A stretch of DNA of 64,000 nucleotides from contig NC_134029.1 of NCBI RefSeq assembly GCF_964204645.1, forward strand, positions 20,206,950 through 20,270,949, written 5' to 3'. This stretch comes from Tubulanus polymorphus (lineage: Eukaryota; Animalia; Nemertea). Positions within the stretch are counted from its first letter, which is position 1, and every line of letters starts with the position of its first letter. Positions 1-12,944 of the stretch are shown one piece after another. The notes under the pieces are model-generated. The model was not told the origin of the DNA. It saw only the letters and a list, made by a program, of their open reading frames with translations, and ran no database searches. A program made the position numbers and the translations under genes.

Positions 1-114
1 TTCAAGGTATGGCAGATTTACTAATACATATGTAAAAAATCAATTTTTGAAAAAAGCGGATTCGAATTGAATAAGGTTGAAATGATTTGTTGTTCTATTA
101 TTGCATGTCGAAAG

Positions 115-3100
115 CTGTCGAAGAAACACGTTTCACCCCAACCCGAATTTGTGAATGTGCCATCCCATATATTGGAGGGTATGTTACACGATGATGATCC
201 TAGCCTTGCCTACATCAACCATTTTTCAACGGATTTCATTTTCAGTTGATCTGTAGGCCTATTACCCTGCAATTGATATACAAAACACTTTGTAATTTTC
301 ACGTCGAAGTATAATGCATTAAAACCAGTTGATGAAACACTATTCTGTGTTGTAGAGAGAATCCCACAAAAATAACGAAAATGTAACTGAAGCTAATAGT
401 TTATTCAACGTTTCGACTATATCCTAATAGCAATCTTCAGGAATAATGTATATCCGCTTCAACACCGATATATAAAAGCTCCTGTTCTCGTAAACGTCAT
501 TCAATCTTGGCCCAAAATCATATCGCTATCTTTCGATAATTTAGAGGTTGCGGTGATCAGTGACACTGTGCGTTTGGCTCCGCAAGGCGATGATATATCT
601 GTAGCTAGCGATGATTATCAGGCGTTGTCGACGAAAGAAGAAACGGACCTCGAAACGTTGATGTCGCAGTGCGAGTTCTCTATCAGTAACGCAGAGGCAT
701 TCGCTGAACAACTGTCAAAAGATTTGTCCGTCTTGGATGGGGTACGACATGCGCATTATACGACATTCCACGTATTATAGGGTCCCTACAACTCCTTGAT
801 TCCTTAAAATCTCCTTCTAAACTGAAAGTACTTTTAAAGGTGCTTGAAACTCCTTTGATTTGAGCAAAATGCCAGAAACTCCTATAAAACTCCTTCAATT
901 TTGAAAAATAGGCAGTTCGATACTTTAGAAGTTGTACATTAGACTAAGCCTAAAATCAGTACAGTTCGAATCAGGATCTTTTTGTTACCCTATTAGGTGG
1001 TTACCAAATGGAAAACCAAGTTTAGTAGTATCAAGGATAAAAATTTGCTTATAAAAACACTGTATTAACGTTTTACCGAGATAAACATTACCGATTTAGG
1101 AGGAGTCTACTGTAATTAGAATACAAAAGTGATATAGATGCTTTCTTGAAATATGTAATTTTTCTCCTTAAAACTCCTCATATCCAGGAATGACTGATCT
1201 GTAGGTACCTTGTATAAACAAATCAACATGATAAGCATTGGCAAAAGAATGTGCAATTAATGTTTCTATAGGAAAATATCCATTCAATAATGGGTTCTGA
1301 GGATCAAGTGAACACATTGATGCAGCTTCTGGAAGATGGAATAAACGAAGCGCAAGCAATCGAGGAAAAATTGGACGCTTACGACGAGTTTCTTAAGGTA
1401 AAGGGCTGCTTAAGGTATTTCAAGAACAAGCACAATGATTAATGGATATATTACAACGCCAGATGTTACTTATCAATTGAATATGCTTGACTTAAAATAC
1501 GAGTATCAAAAATATGCATGAAATGTTTGTCTGTGATTTATATAGGGTTTACTCCTACCATATGTCTGATTCTATACATTAGCCTTGCTTAGAAAAAATA
1601 AAGTTAGTTCATCATAGGAATCTGTCAGATTTTATCTCCAAAATAGGTTTTTCCGAAAGATCTTATGCCAGTTGCTCAAAAGTTGGTTACAGTTAACCAG
1701 TGGATAGTTGACATAGCGACAATTAAAGGTTTATTGTTACTGTGGTATTTATCCACCGGCTATCTTCAACCACCCTTTGAGCAACTGACCCCTTGTATTT
1801 TGGTTGGGTTCGTAAAAAGTCATTAATCATTACTAAGCCACATATATTTAAGCCACTCGGAGTTCACTGTAGTTGAAAAGCCCTTCAAGCATTACATATA
1901 TGATATAGAATAAAGAGATGAATCGTTGTAGAATATGAAAGATTTGATGGAAACAATGAAGGAAAAAGATGCATTGATTCACATACAGAACCGGAACCAC
2001 CAGCGTCTGCTAGAGAGGCTCGACTCGTCCATTGTAAGTAGCTGAAATCACGTTTCAACGTAACACAGTTAAAAGAGTACAAGTTTTTCTTAACTTACAT
2101 GAACTACCGGTACTGTAAATTTTTGTATTTTCTATATTTATTGAATCTAAAAATAAAAACGGTGATTGGCAATCCTATGTCAACTGATTTTCTGTTTTGT
2201 GTGTAAAGTCCATACAAATCGTATGTATTTATATTATTGCGCGTATCACTATGACAAATAAAAAAATTAATAATGATTATACCCGGTAATAGTATTTATA
2301 TGTGAATTTGATTATTTTAGAACCAGTTAGATTTGCAGCATTCTGAAGAAATGGCCCTGCTCGGTGGTGACTTGACTTCGCCTAACGGTATTTCTGAATG
2401 TACAGCTGCTGCTGAAACTTTACAAGGCTGCATTGACTCAATCGCTAAACTTCCAAAAGGTAAATGACATACTCTAAATTCAGTTAAGAAAATGGGTTTT
2501 TTTTGCTACGCAAAACTAGAGCCCTTTGGCAAATTTTTTTTTTTTCGTTTTAGGAATGAATAAACTAAAAGCAATTCAAGACCAGGAGAAGCGTTTCAAT
2601 AAGCTAAGAGCTAATTTCGCGAAGCGTCTTTCCACTCATCTCAACAAGTTCTTCATACACCTGGTAAAACAATACTTATTAGATAGTCAGGGTGGCTACT
2701 TGCCTGGGAAAAGTCAGCGAATTTTCTTTTCTTTAAAGAAGTCAGGGAATATTTAGGGAATTTCGTAAAACTTCTAAAAATCAGGGAAAAGTCCGGGAAA
2801 TTTGATGACATTTCTAGATCGCGCATAATTTCCATCTATGTGTTACGTATTTTACTGTGGCCACCCTGATAACTTTTCAAATGAAACACTTTTCTGTAAA
2901 TTCCAACTCTGATATCAAGTGTCAAGGTCTGCTTGAAAGGAGTTTTTCGGTATTCTCAATTTTAGGGTAATGAGCTCGGAGAAACATTGAACCGATATAC
3001 GCAGGATCTTTCATTGCCAAAACATCATTCTAGTCATCGCGATCTGCTGCCCTATGCTGAAGTTATGCTGTGGTTGAAAGGAGCTGATCCAACCAGCTTC

Positions 3101-6100
3101 TCCGAGCTGGCCAAGGTAAAAAAGGCTTCCCCGAGATGAAAAAAAAAACAGCTTTTTAGCCGAAAGGTCTCGATTTACTGTTTCACTTTGTAGGTTTACA
3201 CGAAAAATCTGAGCCGAATCTATGAACGGGAAATAAAAGAATTCATGGATCTTGCTCGACAGAAACTAACCCCCGTGAAAGACAAAAAAGGAATAGGTAA
3301 AAACCTTATGATATTTTTCCGAAATTGAAAACTCATTATTCATCATCTACACAATATTAAGCTTTGTTTTATTGATGTTATTTGAACATATGTTTCAATC
3401 TGACTTCAGTATTTCCAGCCTCGCGAGGGTCCGGTGGCTCATCGCAAAGTTTGAATAAAGATCGCAACGGACGTGCGTCTTCATTCCAGGACACTGATTC
3501 TTACCACGGGTCGGAAATCGATTTGACATCTCGAGCTAAATTTGACCAGGTACTAAAAATGTGATGATTGATTATACGGAGATCTGTGTCTTATTTAAGG
3601 CCTTTTTTTTGATAACTTGGTTTATGGGGTAGACCTATTAAAATATCATTTCGAAGGAGGAAATAAAAGTTTATACAAAATTCACTCAGTGAGATAAAAT
3701 CACTTTTTGAAGGAAGAGGGAACTGTTGATATACATATGCCCAAACAAATGATTCTTGGAAAGTTCGAATTCTGCACACAGTGATCAAAAAAGAACCTTG
3801 TTTTCTTCAATTTTTTCATCATTCAAGCCAGGATTCTCATTCGGCGGTGGTGACAAATTTTCTTTTTTGCTCGTTTTTTCACTGAATTTGTTCCACAGAC
3901 AAAAATTTTAAAAAAAATTTTTTAACGTTTTTTCAAATTTCGGAAGGCGGTTCCCGTAAACCAAGCTATTAAAAAAAAGGCCTATAGAGAAAGCATTGTT
4001 GGACACGTGTGTGTAAATTACCCTAAAGAATTTATCGTTTTCTTTACTTTTGATGACAGATATTTGAAAAGGTATTGTGCGAATTGGAACCTGTTTGTCT
4101 AGGAGAACAAGAGTTCTGTATCAAATTCTTTCATATATCCACCGAGCCCGTGCTCGACGTGCTCGATTTGACGGAAAGCGGGTCGATAACCTCCGAGGAA
4201 GAAACGTCTGACAAGGAAAAACGAAAAGCGCTGTACGTTTTTGGACTTCGGATGAATAGTCGTTGAGTTACGTCGTGAATATGTGAATTGTGTTAATGCG
4301 ATGAATTTGATTTTTGTAGGAAAATGATCAACGAAGAATTGAGACACATGATGGTTGAGCTGTTCCCGTCTCTAGAATCTGAACTGATGAATTTGATCGC
4401 GTTCGGTGATAAAGTCGACCCCTTGTAAGTTTAGTAAGAATGCAAGGATTTCAATGAGATTCTATGTGTTATCAACAATAATATGTAGAAAATCCCATAA
4501 TAACAATGAAAAAATTATATAAAGTCCGAAAATGTTTCCTTGAGCTAGTAGTTTATTTTACGTTTTGATCATATTCTGATAGTCATCTTCAGGAATGTCA
4601 TCTTCAGAAGAATTCCTGAAAAAATTATTGTGTGATTTTCTACACATTATCGTCGCAACACGGATATAGCGTTTTATCAACGGTTAAAACATTATCAACA
4701 TTGATCAAAACTAAAGATCTCATCGCATATTTCAGCAATTCCATGTACATGTTGGTACGCATGAACCAACACGTATCCAATACGCAAGACGCCGGTTCGT
4801 TTCTCAGCATGATCTTCGGCAGTTCGTTGATTCACATTAAACGCAACTTCGACAAGTTCATCGCGATGCAAATACAGATCATCGAAGACACCAAAGTCTC
4901 GAAGAAAACGCGATGCGGAGTTCTGTCATTCGTGAAGAATTTTGAGGTACTGGCTGTTGAACGAGATACCGATGATGGACCCGTCTCTAAGATCTCTAGA
5001 ATTCAAAAATAATTTTGAAAATTTTGATGGTTACATTTCAATCTTTCGGACGATTAGTCAAATCAATATAACCACTACCATTTGATGCCACTGATGCCAA
5101 TTCTCTTCGAAACGCCATTAATTTTCTGCTGTATTTTGAAATTCCAGGAATTCGCCAATCAAGCTGAGATTATATTCAAGAACTCCGAACGACACACTGA
5201 CCTTGAAAAAGCTTACATCCGTCTGGTGAATACGATATTCCAACAAATTGCTAAATTGGCCGCTGAACAACAAAAAAGTCCTCAAGAAGTCATTCTAATG
5301 GGTTAGTATACAATTTTTTCTCAGAAAAGTGCCCTGAGAAATATTGCCATTGTATTTTCAAAAAGGCATTGTAAAATTGCAATGGGAGCATGTGCTCCTG
5401 TCTGGATCACCCCTGGAAGAGAATGATGATTTTAATATAGGAAAGCGCTGTTTTTTTTTGTCTATTGTAGAAAACTTCCATCGAATGTTAGACATATTGA
5501 GTCAGATGAGATTAGCAATACTCGAACCGCAAAGAAAAGAAGCCAAACTGAAATATTCCGAAAATCTATCAGCCTACGTCACTGCCTACCTGGGAAGACC
5601 TTTAGAAAAACTAGGTGTAAGTCTCGAACGTATTATTGCATTTATATGTTCTAGATGATTCCGCTGGTCATCACATTTCGATATCAATTTTAGATTTTCT
5701 TCGACGGAATCGAAAGCCGAGTTGCTGCCGGTGTCAAAATGGAAGAGGTCGGATATCAATTGGCATTTAGTAAACAAGAAGTGAAGAAAGTCATCAAAGA
5801 ATATCCCGGCAAAGAGGTACTAGTTACGTCCATTTAGAACTATGTTTGATCAGTTTCTTGCCTGTTCTTACGGTTAATGAATGTACATTCCACTTCAGGT
5901 GAAGAAAGGTTTGGAGCATTTAAGCAAGAAAGTTGAGAAGCATCTTTGCGACGAAGAAAACTTATTTCAGGTCAATATCGAAATAGCCCCTAACTAAAAC
6001 GTAGTAGAATAGTATTACGATAGAATAGAATTGTCAGGTTGGCCACTTTCCTGGAATCAGGGAAAAGTCAGGGAATTTTGTAAGAAAGCTAAAAATCTGG

Positions 6101-6512
6101 GAAATATTTTTAGATTGCTAGATTGTACGAAAAAAGTGTGCATGCTAGGGAATAGTCAGGGAAAAAGCAAGTCAAATAAAAGGGGCCATCCACCCTGATT
6201 TATATACATAATGTTTGCAAGCTTCCTGTGTAGGCCCTATTACTTTTCTAAACGAAATAACCCAATCCTCCAATTATTAAGATTATTTCACAACTGGTCC
6301 GCTGCAAAAGGAGCATAATTGTGTCCAGTTTTCTCAAGATTTCTGTCGCGTTAACGTTGCAGGTGGTTTGGTTAAACATGCAAGATGAATTCATCAAACA
6401 GTACAAATACTTCGAGACGCTGATACAACAGTGTTATCCGGGATCTGGAATATCGCTCGAATTCAATGTCAATGACATTCTGCAATATTTCTCAGAAATA
6501 GCCGTCAAATAA
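115..6512 (+). CDS. EXOC1: Exocyst complex component 1 (Sec3), 5'-partial, spliced. Exons: 115-178, 545-741, 1272-1397, 1932-2033, 2321-2459, 2554-2663, 2966-3115, 3194-3296, 3410-3549, 4060-4232, 4320-4424, 4736-4946, 5148-5301, 5471-5616, 5694-5816, 5899-5970, 6363-6512 (plus an exon end at 1-6)
   Basis: Exons are flanked by AG/GT and join in frame. Peptides match metazoan EXOC1 as I recall it: [99 protein letters not shown]...YFSEIA-stop. Confidence 0.95.
401..446 (-). ncRNA. Minimal type I hammerhead ribozyme motif (Penelope-like)
   Basis: Minus strand reads TTATTC-CTGAAGA-ttgcta ttagga ta tagtc-GAAA-CG-TT-GAATAA: 6-bp stem I, CUGANGA and GAAA core, imperfect stem II, minimal stem III. 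Confidence 0.6.
778..1212. mobile_element. Non-autonomous TIR element (hAT-like), second copy at 41853-42259
   Basis: Ends agggtccctaca / tgtaggtacct; internal sequence shared with 41853-42259. Confidence 0.7.
1667..1792. mobile_element. Hairpin MITE (Harbinger-like), second copy 13714-13833
   Basis: gccagttgctcaaaagttggtt ... tttgagcaactgacccc inverted ends in both copies. Confidence 0.75.
2688..2868. mobile_element. CAGGGTGGCCAC-terminated MITE (hAT-like); other copies 6035-6197, ~23745-23915, ~30408-30858, 63957-end
   Basis: TIR cagggtggc / gccaccctg, internal gtcagggaa motifs repeated. Confidence 0.75.
3598..3983. mobile_element. MITE with ~30-bp TIRs in EXOC1 intron
   Basis: aggcctttttttt-gataacttggtttatggg versus cccgtaaaccaagctattaaaaaaaaggcct; flanks tta/ata. 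Confidence 0.7.
4462..4690. mobile_element. Small Penelope-like remnant with inverted ends and degenerate hammerhead (4553-4596, minus)
   Basis: Similar to 320-480. tgtagaaaatcccataata / tattgtgtgattttctaca form inverted arms; GAAA core mutated to AAAA. Confidence 0.5.
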
Positions 6513-7678
6513 AGATGATGAAATGGCCGCGATACTCGTGAATTTGTGTGCACAGGCTACAGTCTGTTGATGTTTGATGAATCACACGAACATTATATGT
6601 GTTTCTGATTGCTGATTTCGGTACCATTAATTCAATATCTAAGACTTTATTCATATCATTGAATTCACTTGTGTATTTTTCTATTAATAAGCCTGCTTTC
6701 ATATGTCCGTATTCTGTCTTTTTGTAATTCATTCCTATGATATTCATTGCAAAATGTGATATCTAATCTGATACAGTGCTAAAATACGATTTCAGTTATT
6801 AATCTTCTATATTTTTGTTTAACTGCATTTTATGTTCCTATTCTACTAGATTTTGTTCGATGAAAACTGCACCTTTCAATCCTTCTCTCAAAAATTAGAT
6901 ATATTCGCGTTAATTTGTTTCATTTGTTTAAAGATTATGAAAATATAACGAAAAAGTTAAAATCAAAAATGTTTGACTTGTTTTAATCAATTGAATCTTT
7001 ATCCGAGAAATTCTTTGTTAGACTTTTATCGAGAATGGGGCTGGGGTGGACCACAGAGGCCACCGGGTAGTTGAAGTTTGGGGGTGCATTAGTTAGCATA
7101 GATCCCAGCAACTCTGCCAGGATATTGGATGATCTAAGGTACTATTCACCTCCAAAATCATCTACGATCCCTGTGGGTGGAAAGTTTTTACGAACAAGTT
7201 GAACCCCTATAAAATCTATTCTTTTGTACGCGGGCCGACCGTGTTGGCGGCTCTGGGAAGTGAGGTTAAACCGTTCCAAGGCCTTTTTATGAACACTCGA
7301 TTAGTATATTCGAGTAGGCCTATGCAAAACGTTTTTATGAGCATGGATTATGTCATAATCCGTCATTTTTATGAACATTGGTTATCATAATCGATTAGCA
7401 TACTCAGCATACTCGCTCGGCGAGCAAGTATGCAGATTATCTAATCCAACCGATATGGTGTTCTCGGTAGAAGTCGCTGCTGAGTAGGCCATAATTGAAT
7501 ATTTCTACCTGGCGTTTTTATCAGCCAACATACCCGGTTATGCTAATTGACACTAATCGGCTATATAATCTAAATAGCTAATCTATTTCGATTTTGCTGG
7601 TTCATTGTGTCGAGCCATCCCATATTCGTGAATGTCCGAAGCAAGCGCGCTCGCTCGCTCGCCCGCAACTCGATTGAA

Positions 7679-7712
7679 ATGGACCGCGACGCTTCAAAAC
7701 GAATGACACATG
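7679..7712 (+). other. Candidate first coding exon (MDRDASKRMTH+G, phase 1)
   Basis: gaaATGG start, consensus donor G|GTGAGT at 7713, CpG-rich unique context. Confidence 0.35.
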
Positions 7713-9330
7713 GTGAGTTCCATTCCCTAATTGCCTTTGACGTGTAGCAGATTGTCCACAAAGTAAGTGTGATTATTAGTGAGATTAGTTAGCCTGGGTC
7801 GATCCATGAAATGGGAGACCGCAAAACTAAAAGCGGCGAGAAGGAAATTAGTTACACTTACACACGTTGTCGTTAACCGGTTATTGTTAACGTTGTTGTT
7901 AGTTAGGGCAGGGCCCGCGCCGTGCTTTTTTGAGTGAGGGGCAGCTCTATTTCAAGAAAAGTAACGGTCACTTTTTCACCGTCATAAGGGGCACCTTCCT
8001 ATTGCAAAATGAAGTAGCCATGTACCTTAATAAATCATTTCAAAATGGAGTTCTTTTCTTTTCATTTTTCCAAAACAATTAGGAATTGTTTCCAAAAGAT
8101 TTAGGGCAGAGGCTATAACGAAATCAAACTAATTTAAAATATGTGCATACTGTTGACGTTGTAAAAAGAATGGAAAGATTTTGGAATTATTGGAAAATTG
8201 TTGAATTGATGTCTCTGGTGACTCTGCATCATTTAAGGTAGCCAGGAGGGGTGGATCAAGAGAATTTGGGGGCGCACTTGAAATGAAAAGAAATTTGTTA
8301 GCGGATGGACCTATGGAGGATCCTGTAGAAGGAGGGAGGGAGGTATTCAAGGAAACTTAGAAAAATCAATTGTTTTTAAGGGGCATTTCCTACATATTCT
8401 GAGATAATAATTTTCAAGAAATGAATTCATTGCACCCTCTCTAAATCCACCCCGGATAGCTAATATTTTCTATTGGATAATTCATACGTTTTGCGTTCAT
8501 TACATATATTGCAGCCGGTAGATTTCTACGCATCAATGTTTGATTTTGATCTTATTGCGCTTAAACATCTATTGCCTACGGGTTGTGGTTCGGGTTGCGG
8601 TGTCATCTTTCAAGTTTTTTCTCGCTAATACCAAACCGCCCTCATATCATATATATATATATATATATCGCGACAACGTTCTCCAACAGTCTCCAAAGAT
8701 ACGGAGATAATTCTCTTTTATGCGTGAATTGTGTATGATTTCTGTTGCGTTCAGCGATGCAGCAATCAATTGATATCAATTTTGTATCGATCGAACGTTC
8801 CCCGCAGATACGAGCACAATAATCTCATTATGTGGGTGGAGACATTTTTTAAAGGTTGAAACGCATAGGTCTTCGCGTTATCCCCTTAATGTGGTTGACT
8901 AGAAAAATAATTCTGATTATTGTAAATGTCAGGCATATTTTTCGGATTTGTGTCGAGAAAAAAAGAACTTTGATGTTGGCTTAATTGCATATTAGTTAGG
9001 AGACCCGTCGAATTCGCTGTTTAATGAGCTTTTAATAACTCTTCAATTTTTTCTTTCAAGTTGTCTGTGGAATTTTGATTAATTCAGGGCAATAAGCTAT
9101 GTCTTAATGAAGAAATGAGACATTTGAAAAAAAATTGAATTTCTTGTTCTTTTACTTAAGACTTTAATGCAAGGGTAATAAATAAGAGGCCTATATACAA
9201 GAAATTATATACTTATCTGATTTCTAATGAGTTTAGCAATGGTGATGAAATCTGTATTTTAGTAAGTTGTTTTGTAATCTCCATTGCCTATATAAGGGCA
9301 TCAGGTATCTACATACATTCAGTGTTGCCA

Positions 9331-9553
9331 TCTTTTAGAACTTATTCAGTTAACTCTGTCTTTTAGAACTCATTCAGTTAACTCACTCTTTTAGAATTCA
9401 TTCAGTTCAATCCGTTTTTTAGAACTCATTCAGTTAACTCTGTCTTTTAGAACTCGTTCAGTTAACTCCGTCTTTTAGAACTCATTCAGTTAACTCCGTC
9501 TTTTAGAACTCATTCAGTTAACTCTGTAGTTTAGAAGTCATTTAGTTAACTCT
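9331..9553. repeat. 28-bp minisatellite, ~8 copies
   Basis: Unit tcttttagaactcattcagttaactc(t/c)g, head to tail. Confidence 0.9.
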
Positions 9554-11586
9554 CTAATTGACCTATTACTATAGTATTTTATCGTGAAATTTAATCATGT
9601 CAATAGCTCGATCCATTTCCGCAGAGCTGTGAGTAAGAATATTTTCATTTTCAATAAGTGACAGTAGTGGAACTGAATCCAGGAAAATGATTTTTATTCG
9701 GGGAGATGATTTTTTCTCGTTACCCGTTCGCGTCCAGATGAACGAGTTATTGCTTACATAACTTGCCGATCTCTGATCTTTTGATATTTACATCCTCTCT
9801 CTTATGACTGATCGACTCCCGAATCAATAACTACAACTCTACCGCGCGGCTAGTATCCGCGTGATAGCCGAAACGTCTGTTGCGAACTAGATTAGAGATG
9901 GCTAGTTGTAACGGATATTCGGCGATCGCGTCCGATCTCGTGTGTCTGACGTCGAGTTGACAATTTCCATTAAGCCCGACGTAGCCGTAACGCCGAAGCG
10001 AATTGCTTTTTCGTCGTCATGAATGACGTGCGTGGCGCGGCGCGGCGCGGAGAAGAACGCAAAATCGGCGATCCAGCCGGGTCTATTGTAGCCACCGCTT
10101 GTTTTGCTGTTAACGCCGTCTTTTCCCGAAGCGATTCATGCGTCATTCGCGCTGTAGGTGATAATGGAGGGCATCAATTCGTTAATGGGTAAAAAAAAAT
10201 CTCGATATCGAAATAAACGACGCCATTTTTTAAACGTCGCGTGTCTTAATGTCGGCGCTGAAGTGTTTGGTAATTATTTGATGCGATGGTTTGCATATTA
10301 CACTCGATAATACCTTCGGGGAGATAGGGCCATGGACAGGGATTTCTAATAACCAAAAAACCACCTATTACAAGATTTGGAAATCTGATAATGGGAATTA
10401 ACTTATGTTATTTCAGGTAAAAGGCTTCACTTTTAGACCTACATTGAAGAAAAAGCTGACACGGGTCATGTTCCGCAGTTGTGAATCAAATCTGATATAG
10501 AGTCCAATTGAGTTCAATTATTTGACTTCCGAGTCTTAAGTTCAACTGCTGTTAGAATATAGTTTAAGGAATTGAAAGTTGAATGGGGTTTTTTACCATT
10601 TTATCGCTGTCTCAATAGATTCAATCGCAAAATTTCGTGAAATCATAAAAGATTTTTATGACATGCATGTATAGTTAGTTAAACGACGGTAAACCTGGGC
10701 CCTTACTTTACCAAGATGGGCGCATCGGCGTTCCTGAAATTGCGGAATCGGGGTTAGAAAATTAAATATACTGTACGTCCTAGAAGCTAAAGGAAAAGGG
10801 GGTTAATTTTCGAAAAGGTCATTTTTCAAATGTGACGCAAGGCTCAGCCAGGAAATAAGCAAGGACCAGGCAGACAATTACTTATGCATAAGAAGTGATG
10901 TGCAAGTCTTAAAAGCTAAATTTCGTAGTTCGCTGTAATAAATTGTGTATGGCTTTATCTCTCAAGGATGAAGCAATAAAGGGGTCATCCGTCACACAAT
11001 GCCATGACATAATGATGACATACATTAGGCTAAAAAAATTGCCTATCCCCGGATTGATCTCCTAATCGGCTGGGTCATTTTGTAAACTGCAATAGAATTT
11101 GTCATCAGTTCATTTCTATTACTGCCGGGTCTGTTAGACCGATCATGATTTACAGGTTATACAGGCGGCCGGGTGGTCGGGTCAACTTTATAGCTCAGCA
11201 GAAATGAGAAACAAGGTATGAATTTTTTAAGCCTTGGGGCCATTTTTCTGAATCACGTCCTGCCATCTTACCGCAGAATGGAATGTCGCGGACTGTAAAA
11301 AAAAAGAAAAAACTGTTTACAGCTCGATGAAAGGACGGCGCTGATTATCAGGTAGAACGAGAGCTAACTGATTGATATATTTGTGTGTGTTTTACAAGCA
11401 GGACACGAAGACGAATCGATACGTTGAGTAGAGTTAGTGACACACACACACACACACACAACTCGCTGGCTCGTTCGCACAACACATTCTGATTGGATTC
11501 AGCTTTCTTTCTTTCAGCGCGCGCTCTCTCTCTCTCTCTCTCCTGCCGGCGACTCGGTTCGGATTATACGCAGCCAGTTTGTTGAA

Positions 11587-11650
11587 ATGATGGGATCATG
11601 TCGCGTTAGCTCTACTGTCGTGGACTTATGGCGCAGTCACTTCATCGTAG
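11587..11650 (+). other. Candidate first coding exon (MMGSCRVSSTVVDLWRSHFIV+G, phase 1)
   Basis: ATG open to AG|GTACGG, preceded by (CA)n and (CT)n promoter-like tracts. Confidence 0.35.
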
Positions 11651-12686
11651 GTACGGCGTTCGCAGTTTGAATCTTACCCTGCCGCGCGGCTGGGAGGCCA
11701 GGCTTACCAAAACTGGCCGGATTTACTATGCAAGGTAGGTGGTTATTTTTTTTTTTTTTGATTATAAGATCGTAAAAAATCGGGCTTTTTTGTTTATTTT
11801 TCTATCCAACTATAGCTATGAGTCACTTTTACCTTTTTGGTACTCGATGATATCGGGCATAGGAGTCCTGAAGGTACAATGTTTTAAAATGTTTGAAAGT
11901 CTCGATATATATATATATATATAGCAATTGCAACTTGTTTTCAGCTACTTTCCTATAGGTTTTAACGATATTGCCGAGATCGATACTTTTTAAATCGAAA
12001 CGCACGTATCGAAATATCGCGTCATGTGTCCTATGATAACATTCTTCGTATATCATTCATCGAGTTTTTTCTTTATCGAGTTTTAACGATAAATCTTTAA
12101 ATCCGATGTATTATTATTCTCGTCGATGCCACCGGTAAGAGTTGGTGCTGGTTACGTTTCGGGAACCCCATCTGCGGGCGAAACTATAACGCGATTATAA
12201 AACCGGCGCAAAATTCCTTTCATCAGACGTCGGTTGAGAATAATTCGATTATTTCGACTGTTGCGCGTTCATTTCATCGATTATTCGACGCTTTTTTTTT
12301 TCGAAATCGTGCTAAAAACAGGATAGGATATGTAAATTCGAACGAAAAAAAAAAGAAGTTAATTCTTTGATGTTTGATGATTAATCTCTGGGACGGGTTT
12401 GATTTCTCGCAAGCGCAGCGAGACTACATGATTAAATGCGTTCTGGTGTAGTCAACCCATGTAGCCGCGCGATCGAGTCGGCGTCTCCAGTTTATATTTC
12501 ACCACCACCGCCACCACGCATCCGACTGACACAATATTCGGCGGATAATTGAGGTTGACAGATAACTAAGGGTGACTGTTGATTGAAGGCTAAATGAATC
12601 AAATATAACTGCACCTCAGGAAACTTGTAGCTGACAATGAGGAAGTGCTTTATTAAATAAGCGAGAATGTACTTTTCTCTATTTAA

Positions 12687-12944
12687 CCTCATCAGGGCTG
12701 ACTTAATAATATCCAAATGTGCTGGAGATAATTTGAAAATTTTAAAAATTCCACCTCAGTGTGGGCATTGCGCTATAACGTATCTACACCGCCGTGCGGC
12801 GTATCTTTAGTTACTAATATTTCACCGTTTGACAGGTGCTGCCATCTTTCAATAGGCAATTACAGAACTAATACTAATGACATCAATACAAAGTTCATAT
12901 CGCTGATTTATACACCGCACTGTGGTGTAGACGCATTGAAAGGG
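12687..12944. mobile_element. piggyBac-like MITE, diverged copy
   Basis: TTAA flanks, right end gcattgaaaggg, body matches the 17386 copy. Confidence 0.75.

Noticed and set aside
9331-9553. CRISPR-like regular repeats (also 15330-15750, 40783-41233, 58854-58985)
   Set aside because: Head-to-tail units without unique spacers, eukaryotic context, no cas genes.
12107-12140. ATG followed by CG|GTAAGA donor as another first exon
   Set aside because: Very short, ambiguous start and phase, no independent support.
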